A stretch of 64,000 bases of DNA, taken from positions 1,184,001-1,248,000 of the forward strand of contig CAWDEM010000008.1 of the NCBI GenBank assembly GCA_963801355.1, read 5' to 3'. How positions within the stretch are numbered: position 1 is the stretch's first letter; every line of letters begins with the position of its first letter. Source of the stretch: Ignavibacteriota bacterium. Lineage in GTDB: Bacteria; Bacteroidota; Ignavibacteria; UBA10030; UBA6906. Shown one piece after another: positions 10,309-19,823 of the stretch. Under the pieces are notes generated by a model. The model was not told where the DNA came from, did no database searches, and worked only from the letters and a program-made list of their open reading frames with translations. The position numbers and the translations under genes are program-made.

Positions 10309-12474
10309 CTACCTGACCAAAATCATTTTTTTCACATCATGGAACTCTCCCGCGGTGAGACGATAGAAGTAAATGCCGCTTGAAAGTCCGGGCAGACGGG
10401 TATTGAACCTCTCCTCATATGCACCGGGTTCTTTGCTTTCATTTACAAGCACAGCTACTTCCCGCCCGAGGAGGTCAAACACGACGAGCCGTACGCTGGT
10501 CGTAACCGGCAACTCGTAACTGATGACTGTCGTTGGGTTAAACGGATTCGGGTAGTTCTGTGCCAGCGCAAACCGATCTGGCGTACCGGAACAACCCGTT
10601 CGCTCCTCGTTCACCCATGTGACTCCGCCATTGGTCGTGCGCAGGATTATCCCACGATCACCCACAACCGTCCCGACGTTGGAATCGGTAAAGGACACGG
10701 CGTGAAGTTCAAAACCCTGCTGGCTGGATTGAGTCGTCCACCTCACACCGCCGTCAGTTGTGCGAAGGATCGTCATCCGACTCTCATCGTGGAAGGTGTA
10801 GCCTCCAACCACAATTCCTGTGTTGGCATCAGTGAAGCAAACTCCTTGAAGATCGGTGTTTGTCCCACTGGCCTGACTGTTCCATGTTGCACCGCCGTCC
10901 GTCGTGCGAAGAATTGTGCCTTTCCCACCCACCACTGTCCCGGTGCTGGCATCGGTGAAGCTAACTCCTATGAGCTGGTTCGTTGTTCCGCTGATCTGCA
11001 CTACCCACGTCGCTCCTCCGTTGGTGGTGCGGAGAATTGTACCATCACTTCCCACCACGGTCCCCGTGTTGGCATCGGTGAACCAGACTCCATTAAGCCA
11101 GCCCTTCGTTCCGCTGGTCTGACTCGTCCATGTCGCACCGCCATTGGTCGTGCGAAGAATTGTGCCCGCACCTCCTACCGCTGTCCCGGTGCTGGCATCG
11201 GTGAAGCAAACTCCAAAAAGAGAGGACGATATTCCGGTGGATTGGCTGGTCCACGTTGTACCGCCGTTGGTCGTGCGGAGGATTATCCCACGATCCGTGC
11301 TGTCTGTTCCCACCACTGTACCAGTCTCGTTATCGGTGAAGCAGACTCCAGAAAGCCAGCCCGTTGTTCCGCTTGACTGACCGGCCCAAGTTGATCCTGC
11401 ATCCTTAGTGCGCAGGATCGTGCCGTTCATTCCAACCGCCGTTCCCGTATTGGCATCGGTGAAGCGGACTCCAGCGAGCGGAACGGTCGGACCTTTTGTC
11501 TGACTCGTCCACATTGCACCGCCATCGGTCGTGCGGAGAATGACGCCGGGGCCGCCCACCGCCGTCCCGGTCTTGGCATCAGTGAAGCAAACCTCGGCAA
11601 GACTTGCCGTTGTTGAGCTGGTCTGCGTGGTCCATGTAACACCCCCATTGGTTGTACGGAGAATTGCGCCATCACTTCCCACCACGGTCCCCGTGTTGGC
11701 ATCGGTGAACCAGACTCCATTAAGCCAGCCCTTCGTTCCGCTGGCCTGACTTACCCACATCGCTCCTCCGTCGGTGGTGCGAAGAATTGTGCCCCGCTCT
11801 CCCACCACCGTTCCTGTGCATGCATCAGTGAAGAAGACTCCGTTCAACCACTTGGTTGGGTCGCTGGACTGAGCCGCCCACGTCATCCCGCCATTGGTCG
11901 TGTGGAGAATCGTGCCATCACCTCCCACAACAGTCCCTGTGCTTGCATCGGTGAAGAAAACTGCGCTCAACCACCTGGTTGTCCAGCTGGACTGAGCCGC
12001 CCAAGTTGATCCTGCGTCGGTAGTGTGCAGGATCGTGCCGTCCATTCCAACCGCCGTTCCCGTATTGGCATCGGTGAAGCAAACTCCGTTCAACACCTTG
12101 GTTGTCCCACTGGACTGAGCTATCCAAGTCGCCCCCCCATTGGTAGTGCGGAGAATTGTGCAAGCGCTGCCGCCGACTCCGGTCCACCCGACTACCACTC
12201 CGGTGTTAGCGTCGGTGAAGGACGCGCCAGAGAGACCGGCGGTCGTTCCGCTAGACTGGTTCGTCCATGTCGTGCCGCCATTTGTCGTGTGCAGAATTGT
12301 GCCTGCCTCACCCACCGCTGTTCCTGTGTTCGCATCCGTGAAGCATACTGCATTAAGGAACATTGGGGTCGGCAATGGATTCTGCAGGTACCAGTCCGAC
12401 TGGGATCGGGTGGTTGTGTGGCAAAGGAGTACACAAACGGATAGTATTAATGCATCTGGTGCGAGTCTTTTCAT
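10309..12474 (-). CDS. YCF48/BNR-repeat beta-propeller protein with T9SS CTD (paralog 1)
   Basis: About 14 repeats of LxGVxFTDANTGTVVGxxGTILRTTNGGxTW, a signal peptide from ATG 12474 (MKRLAPDALIL) and CTD QNYPNPFNP. Confidence 0.9.
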   Translation of the reverse strand: MKRLAPDALILSVCVLLCHTTTRSQSDWYLQNPLPTPMFLNAVCFTDANTGTAVGEAGTILHTTNGGTTWTNQSSGTTAGLSGASFTDANTGVVVGWTGVGGSACTILRTTNGGATWIAQSSGTTKVLNGVCFTDANTGTAVGMDGTILHTTDAGSTWAAQSSWTTRWLSAVFFTDASTGTVVGGDGTILHTTNGGMTWAAQSSDPTKWLNGVFFTDACTGTVVGERGTILRTTDGGAMWVSQASGTKGWLNGVWFTDANTGTVVGSDGAILRTTNGGVTWTTQTSSTTASLAEVCFTDAKTGTAVGGPGVILRTTDGGAMWTSQTKGPTVPLAGVRFTDANTGTAVGMNGTILRTKDAGSTWAGQSSGTTGWLSGVCFTDNETGTVVGTDSTDRGIILRTTNGGTTWTSQSTGISSSLFGVCFTDASTGTAVGGAGTILRTTNGGATWTSQTSGTKGWLNGVWFTDANTGTVVGSDGTILRTTNGGATWVVQISGTTNQLIGVSFTDASTGTVVGGKGTILRTTDGGATWNSQASGTNTDLQGVCFTDANTGIVVGGYTFHDESRMTILRTTDGGVRWTTQSSQQGFELHAVSFTDSNVGTVVGDRGIILRTTNGGVTWVNEERTGCSGTPDRFALAQNYPNPFNPTTVISYELPVTTSVRLVVFDLLGREVAVLVNESKEPGAYEERFNTRLPGLSSGIYFYRLTAGEFHDVKKMILVR

Positions 12475-12528
12475 CAACACTCCCGGAGTGTCAGCGCCTC
12501 GGCACACTGATCAAGACTGCATGCACGA

Positions 12529-14703
12529 TTATCGCAATAACAAGAGCATACGTGTCTGGACAAAGCTCCTTGACTGCAAACTGCAGAAATACACCCCACT
12601 TGAAAGCCAGGATCCGTCAAACGTTACCGTGTAGGATCCGGGTTCTTTTTTTTCGCTCACCAGTGTTGCCACTTGTCGCCCGAGAAGGTCAAACACGGCG
12701 AGCCGCACATGACTGGCAACCGGCACCTGGTAACTGATGACTGTCGTCGGGTTGAACGGATTTGGATAATTCTGCCCCAGCTCAAACCGGTCCGAACTTC
12801 CAGAATGACTGCTTCGTCCGCCGTTCACCCATGTGACTCCGCCATTGGTCGTGCGCAGGATTATTCCACTTTCGCCTACTGCCGTACCGGTGTTTGCGTC
12901 GCTGAAGGAGACAGCAAGAAGGAGAGGCCCAGGTTTGCTATATTGAACTGTCCAGGTGACGCCGCCGTCAATTGTGCGAAGGATGGTCGCAATTGGATAG
13001 TGCAAGAAACCGCAATCCCAAACCGAAGTCCATGTGTTGGCATCGATAAAGGAAACTCCATAGAGATAGCGTTTTGTCCCGCTGGGCAGACTCATCCATG
13101 TCGCACCGCCATCGGTCGTGCGGAAAATCGTGCCACCATTTCCCAACACCGTACCTGTGCTGGCATCCGAGAAAAACACTCCACGCAGCTCGTCTGTCTT
13201 TCCACTGGGCTGACTTGCCCACGTCATTCCGCCATTGGTTGTGCGAAGAATTGTGCCCTCACCGCCCACCACCGTTCCTGTGCTTGCATCAGTGAAGAAA
13301 ACTCCGTTCAACCACTTGGTTGTCCCGCTGGACTGAGCTGCCCACGTCATCCCGCCGTTGGTTGTGCGGAGAATTGTGCCCTCACCTCCCACCACCGTTC
13401 CTGTGTTTGCATCGGTGAAGAAGACTCCTCTAAGTTCGTTCCTATTTCCGGCTGACTTTTTGGTCCAGGTTGTGCCGCCGTCAGTCGTTTTGAGTATTAT
13501 CCCATTTGATTCGTCGGATCCCACCACCGTCCCCGTCTTGGCATCGGTGAACCAGACTCCAGTAAGCCAGCCCTTCGTTCCGCTGACCTGATTTATCCAA
13601 TTCGCTCCACCATCGATCGTGCGCAGGATTGTGCCTTCGGCTCCCACTGCCGTCCCCGTGTTGACATCGGTGAAGAAGACTCCGTCAAGCGGAACCGTGC
13701 TCCCCTTTGACTGACTCGCCCACGTTGAACCCCCATTTGTTGTGCGAAGAATCGTACCCAGATTTCCCACCGTCGTCCCGATGTTAGCATCGGTAAAGTG
13801 CACTCCACTAAGACCAAGATAGGCCGCTATCCCACTGGACTGACGTGTCCATGTTGCACCACCATTGGTCGTGTGAAGTATTGTCTCTCCCCCAACCACT
13901 GTTCCTGTGTTTGCATCGGTGAAGCTGATACTCTCGAACCATACAGTGGTATCGCTCGACTGATTCGTCCAGTTAGATCCACCGTTGGTGGTACGGAGAA
14001 TTCTGCCCTCACCGCCCACCGCCGTGCCGGTGTTGGCATCGGTGAAGCAAACTCCACGCAGATCCTTAGTTGTTCCACTAGGCTGACTTACCCACGTTGC
14101 ACCACCGTTGGTTGTGCGGAGAATCGTGCCCTCACCGCCCACCACCGTCCCCGTGTTGTCATCGGTGAAGAAAATTCCGCGTAACAACTTGGTTGTCCCG
14201 CTGGACTGAGCCGCCCAGGTCATCCCTCCATTGGTTGTGCGGAGAATCGCGCCGTCCACGCCAACCACTGTGCCCGTGTTGGCATCGGTGAAGCAGACTC
14301 CCTGGGGACGGTGAATCATCTCGATGGACTGGCTCGTCCATGTAGCGCCGCCATCGGTCGTGCGGAGGATCTTCGTTGTGTCTGGTGAAACACCCCCACG
14401 AAAGGCCCCAATTGACCCCACTACTGTTCCAACGTTTGCATCAGTGAACCAGAGTCCGGCAAGCCACGCCGCCGTTCCGCTGGACTGACCAATCCAGGTT
14501 GCACCGCCGTCGGTCGTGCGGATAATTGTGCCTCCTTCTCCCACTGCTGTCCCTATATTGGTATCGGTGAAGTAGACAGCAGAAAGGGACATCGGGGTCG
14601 GCAATGGATTCTGCAGGTACCACTCCGACTGGGATCTCGTGCTTGTGTGGCACATGAGAAGGGATGCAATCAGGAGAACTGTATGCCGAATGAGTCTTCT
14701 CAT
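12529..14703 (-). CDS. YCF48/BNR-repeat beta-propeller protein with T9SS CTD (paralog 2)
   Basis: Same repeat architecture. Start set at ATG 14703 (MRRLIRHTVLL), which avoids overlap with the DUF4956 gene. Confidence 0.9.
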   Translation of the reverse strand: MRRLIRHTVLLIASLLMCHTSTRSQSEWYLQNPLPTPMSLSAVYFTDTNIGTAVGEGGTIIRTTDGGATWIGQSSGTAAWLAGLWFTDANVGTVVGSIGAFRGGVSPDTTKILRTTDGGATWTSQSIEMIHRPQGVCFTDANTGTVVGVDGAILRTTNGGMTWAAQSSGTTKLLRGIFFTDDNTGTVVGGEGTILRTTNGGATWVSQPSGTTKDLRGVCFTDANTGTAVGGEGRILRTTNGGSNWTNQSSDTTVWFESISFTDANTGTVVGGETILHTTNGGATWTRQSSGIAAYLGLSGVHFTDANIGTTVGNLGTILRTTNGGSTWASQSKGSTVPLDGVFFTDVNTGTAVGAEGTILRTIDGGANWINQVSGTKGWLTGVWFTDAKTGTVVGSDESNGIILKTTDGGTTWTKKSAGNRNELRGVFFTDANTGTVVGGEGTILRTTNGGMTWAAQSSGTTKWLNGVFFTDASTGTVVGGEGTILRTTNGGMTWASQPSGKTDELRGVFFSDASTGTVLGNGGTIFRTTDGGATWMSLPSGTKRYLYGVSFIDANTWTSVWDCGFLHYPIATILRTIDGGVTWTVQYSKPGPLLLAVSFSDANTGTAVGESGIILRTTNGGVTWVNGGRSSHSGSSDRFELGQNYPNPFNPTTVISYQVPVASHVRLAVFDLLGRQVATLVSEKKEPGSYTVTFDGSWLSSGVYFCSLQSRSFVQTRMLLLLR

Positions 14704-14716
14704 GTGAACAATGCTT

Positions 14717-15382
14717 TCACATTTCGTCAAAGTACAGGCGAATGTTGCTGATTGACTGAATCTCATTCAATTGCCGCATCAGATCGCTCTTTTCGCATTT
14801 GTTCTTGAGCTCGACATAGAATGTCATTTCAAACAGACCGCCCGTCCCGAGCGATCGCATATTCGCCAGCTTCGCCTTGGTGCTCAACTGTCGGAAGACT
14901 AGGAGATACGGCGGCTCACCTTCAGGGAGAACGCACTGAAATTGAACGACGAACTGATGATCCGAGTGTTGGGCATAGTGGATGCGTTGGAGGAGAATCA
15001 GGACGGCGCAGATCAGAAACGTCCCCAGGATTGCGGTTCCCCGGAGACCGATTCCTGCGGCCATTCCTGCAGCCAGTGCAAAGAAGATATAGACGATATC
15101 CTGAACATCTTTTACTGCTGTTCTGAAGCGGATAATGGACATCGCGCCGACCAGCCCGAAGGCCCTTGCAAGATTATTTCCGATCACCATAATCACCAGG
15201 GCGGTAATCATTGACAGGATCACCATTGAACGTACAAATGTAGGCGAGAAGTTCAGACTGTCTGATGTCAGTCGGTAGGTCAAGGAAATCGTGAACCCGC
15301 ACACGAATGCCATCACAAGGTTGGCCACCATCTGCCCTGGTTCCAGGGACAGGGCGAAGATTGTTTCAAAGCCGGTATCCAT
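14717..15382 (-). CDS. DUF4956-family membrane protein
   Basis: Hallmark VIMVIGNNLARAFGLVGAMSIIRFRTAVKDVQDIVYIFFALAAGMAAG, followed by a soluble C-terminal domain. Confidence 0.88.
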   Translation of the reverse strand: MDTGFETIFALSLEPGQMVANLVMAFVCGFTISLTYRLTSDSLNFSPTFVRSMVILSMITALVIMVIGNNLARAFGLVGAMSIIRFRTAVKDVQDIVYIFFALAAGMAAGIGLRGTAILGTFLICAVLILLQRIHYAQHSDHQFVVQFQCVLPEGEPPYLLVFRQLSTKAKLANMRSLGTGGLFEMTFYVELKNKCEKSDLMRQLNEIQSISNIRLYFDEM

Positions 15383-15388
15383 CGGAGT

Positions 15389-16177
15389 CTATTCTGGCGT
15401 TTTGATTTGTGTGAACCCGCTGTGCACAGCTCGTGGATAGTTCATATCAAGCGGATCGCCGATCGCTGCGAGCGAATCGATGCAAAAGGTATATTTGGAC
15501 GTCGGCTCCGGCTTCAATGCCATCCGCCGGAGAACCATTCTCAGCCAGAATGGAATGCCAAAATCTGTTTTGACTTCAAGAATCACAAGGTGCGGCGCAG
15601 CGATGTAATCCTCCATGCTACGATCCAACGAAACCAGTCCCCCCGCATTGTGACAGCGCAGGCCCTTGTCCAGGGTAATGCGCAATCCCGGATCATTCTT
15701 TGACAAATAAGCTTCTCGCTCATAAGCAACAGAAATGACCGGACGAAGGCTTCGAGAATGCAGATGAAACAGGAATTGTCGTGCATTCTCTTCCGATCCT
15801 TCCTGCGGGATGAGCATATGAACGCATCCGGCGACATCACTCGTCTCAAGAAAGGAAGAGAGATCTTGATATCGGACGGATGACCGTCGCTTCGCGACTG
15901 TTGCTCCCGTCTTTCTCTTGATCTCAAGATACACAGGGGCAACCGGAGAGATCTCGTTGTAGCTCCGAATTCGTATCTTCAGACGGTCTCTGAGTCCTGC
16001 CAGTTTCTCCTGATAGAAATCTAGGTTCTTCGTATCGAAGTAAAGACTCCGGACGGTGTATTCCTGTCCCGGTCTCGATGCAGCGCGGGGATCCACCTCA
16101 ACGTGCGGCAGGAGCAATGTGCGCAGCGTCGTCAGCTGCGTCGTGTGAAGGCGGAACTTATATTCCCGTCGCGCCAC
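15389..16177 (-). CDS. VTC (polyphosphate polymerase-like, CYTH superfamily) domain protein
   Basis: RREYKF, YTVRSLYFDT, RLKIRIRSY, YLEIKRK, YEREAY, RITLD, ILEVK and SKY motifs. Confidence 0.9.
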   Translation of the reverse strand: MARREYKFRLHTTQLTTLRTLLLPHVEVDPRAASRPGQEYTVRSLYFDTKNLDFYQEKLAGLRDRLKIRIRSYNEISPVAPVYLEIKRKTGATVAKRRSSVRYQDLSSFLETSDVAGCVHMLIPQEGSEENARQFLFHLHSRSLRPVISVAYEREAYLSKNDPGLRITLDKGLRCHNAGGLVSLDRSMEDYIAAPHLVILEVKTDFGIPFWLRMVLRRMALKPEPTSKYTFCIDSLAAIGDPLDMNYPRAVHSGFTQIKTPE

Positions 16178-17279
16178 CTATGACCTCGTTTACAAAGTCT
16201 GAAATCCAGTATTGAACATAGCGGGCCGGCGATACACGATCGGTCTCGATCCAACCAGCAACGACCAGGCGCGAGGGCAGAGCCATCGCGGTTTGGTTCA
16301 GAGTGGCCGTGGCCATGACGACCTGCCTTCCCGCGATGGTGCGTATTCGTGGATCAACTCTCACCACGATGCCGCTGCAGATGTCTGCGTGACGCACCAT
16401 GTGCATTGTCACGAGTTGTCCCGGTGCAACCCGGGTTAAGTATTCAACGGGAACCGGTAAAAGGACCACGCGTGCGGTGTCCTCGACGGTGCAGAGGGTA
16501 TCTGTGCCTGCCGATGAGAATAGAACCCCTGCGAAAGGGGAAACGATTGTGAATGACCCCATATGGTCTGTGAGCGCCCGTAGCTCCTTTTCGAGACCGG
16601 CGATCCGAGACTCAATCATACTGATTTGTTCAGGTTTCGATCCGGTCGTAACCGTGAGCAGGCGTGCTTCCGCTACGGCAACTTCGACGTCCGACAGGCG
16701 TGCTGCACTTCGGGCCAGCTCGTACGATTCAACGGCAATGAGATTCCTCTTATACAGAGAGTCCTGGCGCTTGAATAGCGAGGCCTGTATTTCCGACCGC
16801 TCCCTCGCAAGAGCAAGGCTCCTCTCAGCCTCCCGGGCAATTGGTGCTTTCTCCCCGGACCGTACAATTGCCAGAGTGCACTCGGCTACCTCAAGCTCGC
16901 CGGAAAGACGGTACAACTCACGGTCAAGTTCATGAGAAGTGATCCTGCCGAGGGTGTCGCCCTCGGTCACTAGATCATGATGTGTGAGAGACGGATGCCA
17001 AGCAAACTGGAAAGCGTCGCCCCGGATGATGCTGACAACGGAGTAACTCTCCACTCTTCCGTGGAGGTAATCGCCGAACACTGTCACCACTCCTCCCTCT
17101 TGGTCTTTCACCAGCAGCCATTCGCGGGCAGGAAGTATTTTGCCTGCAATCTCAATTGTGCGGCTCATCGAGATCGGGAGAACGAGAAACACGACAAACA
17201 ATACGACGGCCACCAGAGCTGCCAGCACGCCGCTTCTCGAAATTCCTCTATCGCGCAGATCCAACATGGGCTGAGTCAT
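16158..17279 (-). CDS. HlyD-like membrane fusion (periplasmic adaptor) protein
   Basis: N-terminal TM, split lipoyl motifs VTEGDTL and IVSPFAG around a coiled-coil hairpin with RQDSLYKRNLIA. Confidence 0.75.
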   Translation of the reverse strand: MTQPMLDLRDRGISRSGVLAALVAVVLFVVFLVLPISMSRTIEIAGKILPAREWLLVKDQEGGVVTVFGDYLHGRVESYSVVSIIRGDAFQFAWHPSLTHHDLVTEGDTLGRITSHELDRELYRLSGELEVAECTLAIVRSGEKAPIAREAERSLALARERSEIQASLFKRQDSLYKRNLIAVESYELARSAARLSDVEVAVAEARLLTVTTGSKPEQISMIESRIAGLEKELRALTDHMGSFTIVSPFAGVLFSSAGTDTLCTVEDTARVVLLPVPVEYLTRVAPGQLVTMHMVRHADICSGIVVRVDPRIRTIAGRQVVMATATLNQTAMALPSRLVVAGWIETDRVSPARYVQYWISDFVNEVIGGATGI

Positions 17280-17320
17280 ACGTTGATCCCGTCACCTCAA
17301 CAACAATGATCTCTACACGC

Positions 17321-19490
17321 TTATCGCAACAACAAGAGCACGCGTGTCTGGATGTAGCTCCCTGACTGAAGACTGCAGAAATACATCCCACTTGAAAGCC
17401 CGGATCCGTCAAACGTTACTCTGTAGGATCCGGGTTCCTTCTTTTCGCTCACCAGTGTTGCCACTTTTCGCCCGAGAAGGTCAAACACGGCGAGCCGGAC
17501 GTCACCGGCAACCGGCAATTGGTAACTGATGACTGTCGTCGGATTGAACGGATTTGGGTAATTCTGCCCCAGCTCAAACCGATCTGGCTTTCCAGAAGGA
17601 CGGATTTGTACCGCCGTTCACCCATGTGACCCCCCCATTGGTCGTGCGCAGGATCATTCCACTTTCGCCCACCGCCGTTCCGGTGTTTGCGTCGCTGAAG
17701 GAGACAGCAAGAAGGAGAGGCCCAGGTTTGCTATATTGAACTGTCCAGGTGACGCCGCCGTCAATTGTGCGAAGGATGGTCGCAATTGGATAGTGCAAGA
17801 AACCGGAATCCCAAACCGAAGTCCATGTGTTGGCATCGATAAAGGAAACTCCATAGAGATAGCGTTTTGTCCCGCTGGACTGACTCGTCCATGTTGCACC
17901 GCCATCGGTCGTGCGGAAAATCGTGCCACCAGATCCCAGCACCGTTCCTGTGCTGGCATCTGAGAAAAACACTCCATGAAGCTCGTCTGTCTTTCCACTG
18001 GGCTGACTTACCCACGTCATTCCACCATTGGTTGTGCGAAGAATTGTGCCCCAACCTCCCACCACCGTTCCTGTGCTTGCATCAGTGAAGAAAACATCGT
18101 TCAACCACCTAGTTGTCCCGCTGGACTGGGGCGCCCACGTCATCCCGCCATTGGTCGTGCGGAGAATTGTGCCATCACCTCCCACCACCGTTCCTGTGTT
18201 TGCATCGGTGAAGAAGACTCCTTTGAGTTCGTTCCCTGTTCCGGCGATTTTTTTGGTCCAGGTTGCACCACCGTCAGTCGTGTGGAGGATTATGCCATTC
18301 GTCCAGTCTGATCCCACCACCGTCCCCGTCTTGGCGTCGGTGAACCAGACTCCAGTAAGCGGGCCCTTCGTTCCGCTGGCCTGCTCTATCCAATTCGCTC
18401 CACCATCGGTCGTGCGCAGAATCGTGCCTTCGTATCCCACTGCCGTCCCCGTGTTGACATCGGTGAAGAAGACTCCGCCAAGCAGAACCGTACTCCCCTT
18501 TGACTGACTCGCCCATGTTGAACCGCCATTTGTTGTGCGAAGAATCGCACCATTCCTGCCAACCACCGTCCCCGTATTGACATCTGTGAAGTGCACCCCA
18601 TTAAGACCAGGATAACCCGCCATCCCACTGGACTGACGTGTCCATGTTGCACCACCATTGGTCGTGTGAAGTATCGTCTCTCCCCCAACCACTGTTCCTG
18701 TGTTTGCATCGGTGAAGCTGATACTCTCGAACCATACAGTGGTATCGCTCGACTGATTCGTCCAGTTAGATCCACCGTTGGTGGTACGGAGAATTCTGCC
18801 CTCACCGCCCACCGCCGTGCCGGTGTTGGCATCGGTGAAGCAAACTCCACGCAGATCCTTAGTTGTTCCACTAGGCTGACTTACCCACGTTGCACCACCG
18901 TTGGTTGTGCGGAGAATCGTGCCCTCACCGCCCACCACCGTGCCCGTGTTGGCATCGGTGAAAAAAACTCCGCGTAACAACTTGGCTGTCCGGCTTAACT
19001 GAGTAGCCCACGTCATCCCGCCATTGGTTGTGCGGAGAATCATGCCGTCCGCGCCAACCACTGTGCCCGTGTTGGCATCAGTGAAGCAGACTCCCGGGGG
19101 AGATTGAATCATCTCGATGGACTGGCTGGTCCATGTTGCACCGCCATCGGTCGTGCGGAGAATCTTCGTTGTGTCTCGTAACCCGCGACCGGCCCTAATT
19201 GACCCCACTACTGTTCCAACGTTTGCATCAGTGAACCAGATTCCGACAAGCCACGCGGCAGTTCCGCTGGCCTGACTGATCCAGGTTGCACCGCCATCGG
19301 TCGTGCGGATAATTGTGCCTCCTTCTCCCACCGCTGTTCCGGTATTGGCATCAGTGAAGTAGACAGCAGAAAGGGACATTGGGGTCGGCAATGGATTCTG
19401 GATGTACCAGTCCGACTGGGATCTCGTGCTTGTGTGGCACATGAGAAGGGATGCACACAGGATGACTGTGTAAGGAGCGCCTCTTTTCAT
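17321..19490 (-). CDS. YCF48/BNR-repeat beta-propeller protein with T9SS CTD (paralog 3), frameshifted near 17610
   Basis: ORFs 17574..19490 and 17321..17518 join. Removing one base near 17610 restores GGQIRPSGKPDRFELGQNYPNPFNP, collinear with paralog 2. Confidence 0.88.
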
Positions 19491-19575
19491 TGCGGTCTCA
19501 GGATGTTTGCACCCCGATACACCTATTGTGAAGATCCATCCTATCTGGCGGGAATATACACTTTAGCCCCTTAAA

Positions 19576-19670
19576 TGTCTGTAGGAAAATGCTGAAAATC
19601 GTGTAGGAAAAGCGGCAATTGTCGTGTAGGAAAAACGGCAATTGGCGTGTAGGAATTGTCCTACAGCACA
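19576..19670. repeat. Four TGTAGGAA direct repeats (22-23 bp period) ending in an inverted repeat
   Basis: TGTAGGAA at 19580, 19602, 19625 and 19648. The last copy forms TGTAGGA-ATTG-TCCTACA. The array sits between divergent genes. Confidence 0.85.
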
Positions 19671-19823
19671 CCTGCGCCCAATGTGCTGGAGCCTATGGGC
19701 AAATAGGGGTATTTGTCAGTGACGAGTCGATTGTTTCCCCTCCAGGGCGCCTTGTTTCTCCCGGAATTCTTTCTATATTGGCCAGTTACTCCCATCGACA
19801 CCCACACGAGACCGCAAAAGACA

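Noticed and set aside
10309-19490. Diversity-generating retroelement or repeat array
   Set aside because: The repeats are protein-coding propeller blades, there is no reverse transcriptase in the window, and I saw no adenine-specific TR/VR pattern.
19576-19670. CRISPR array
   Set aside because: The period is 22-23 bp with no unique spacers.
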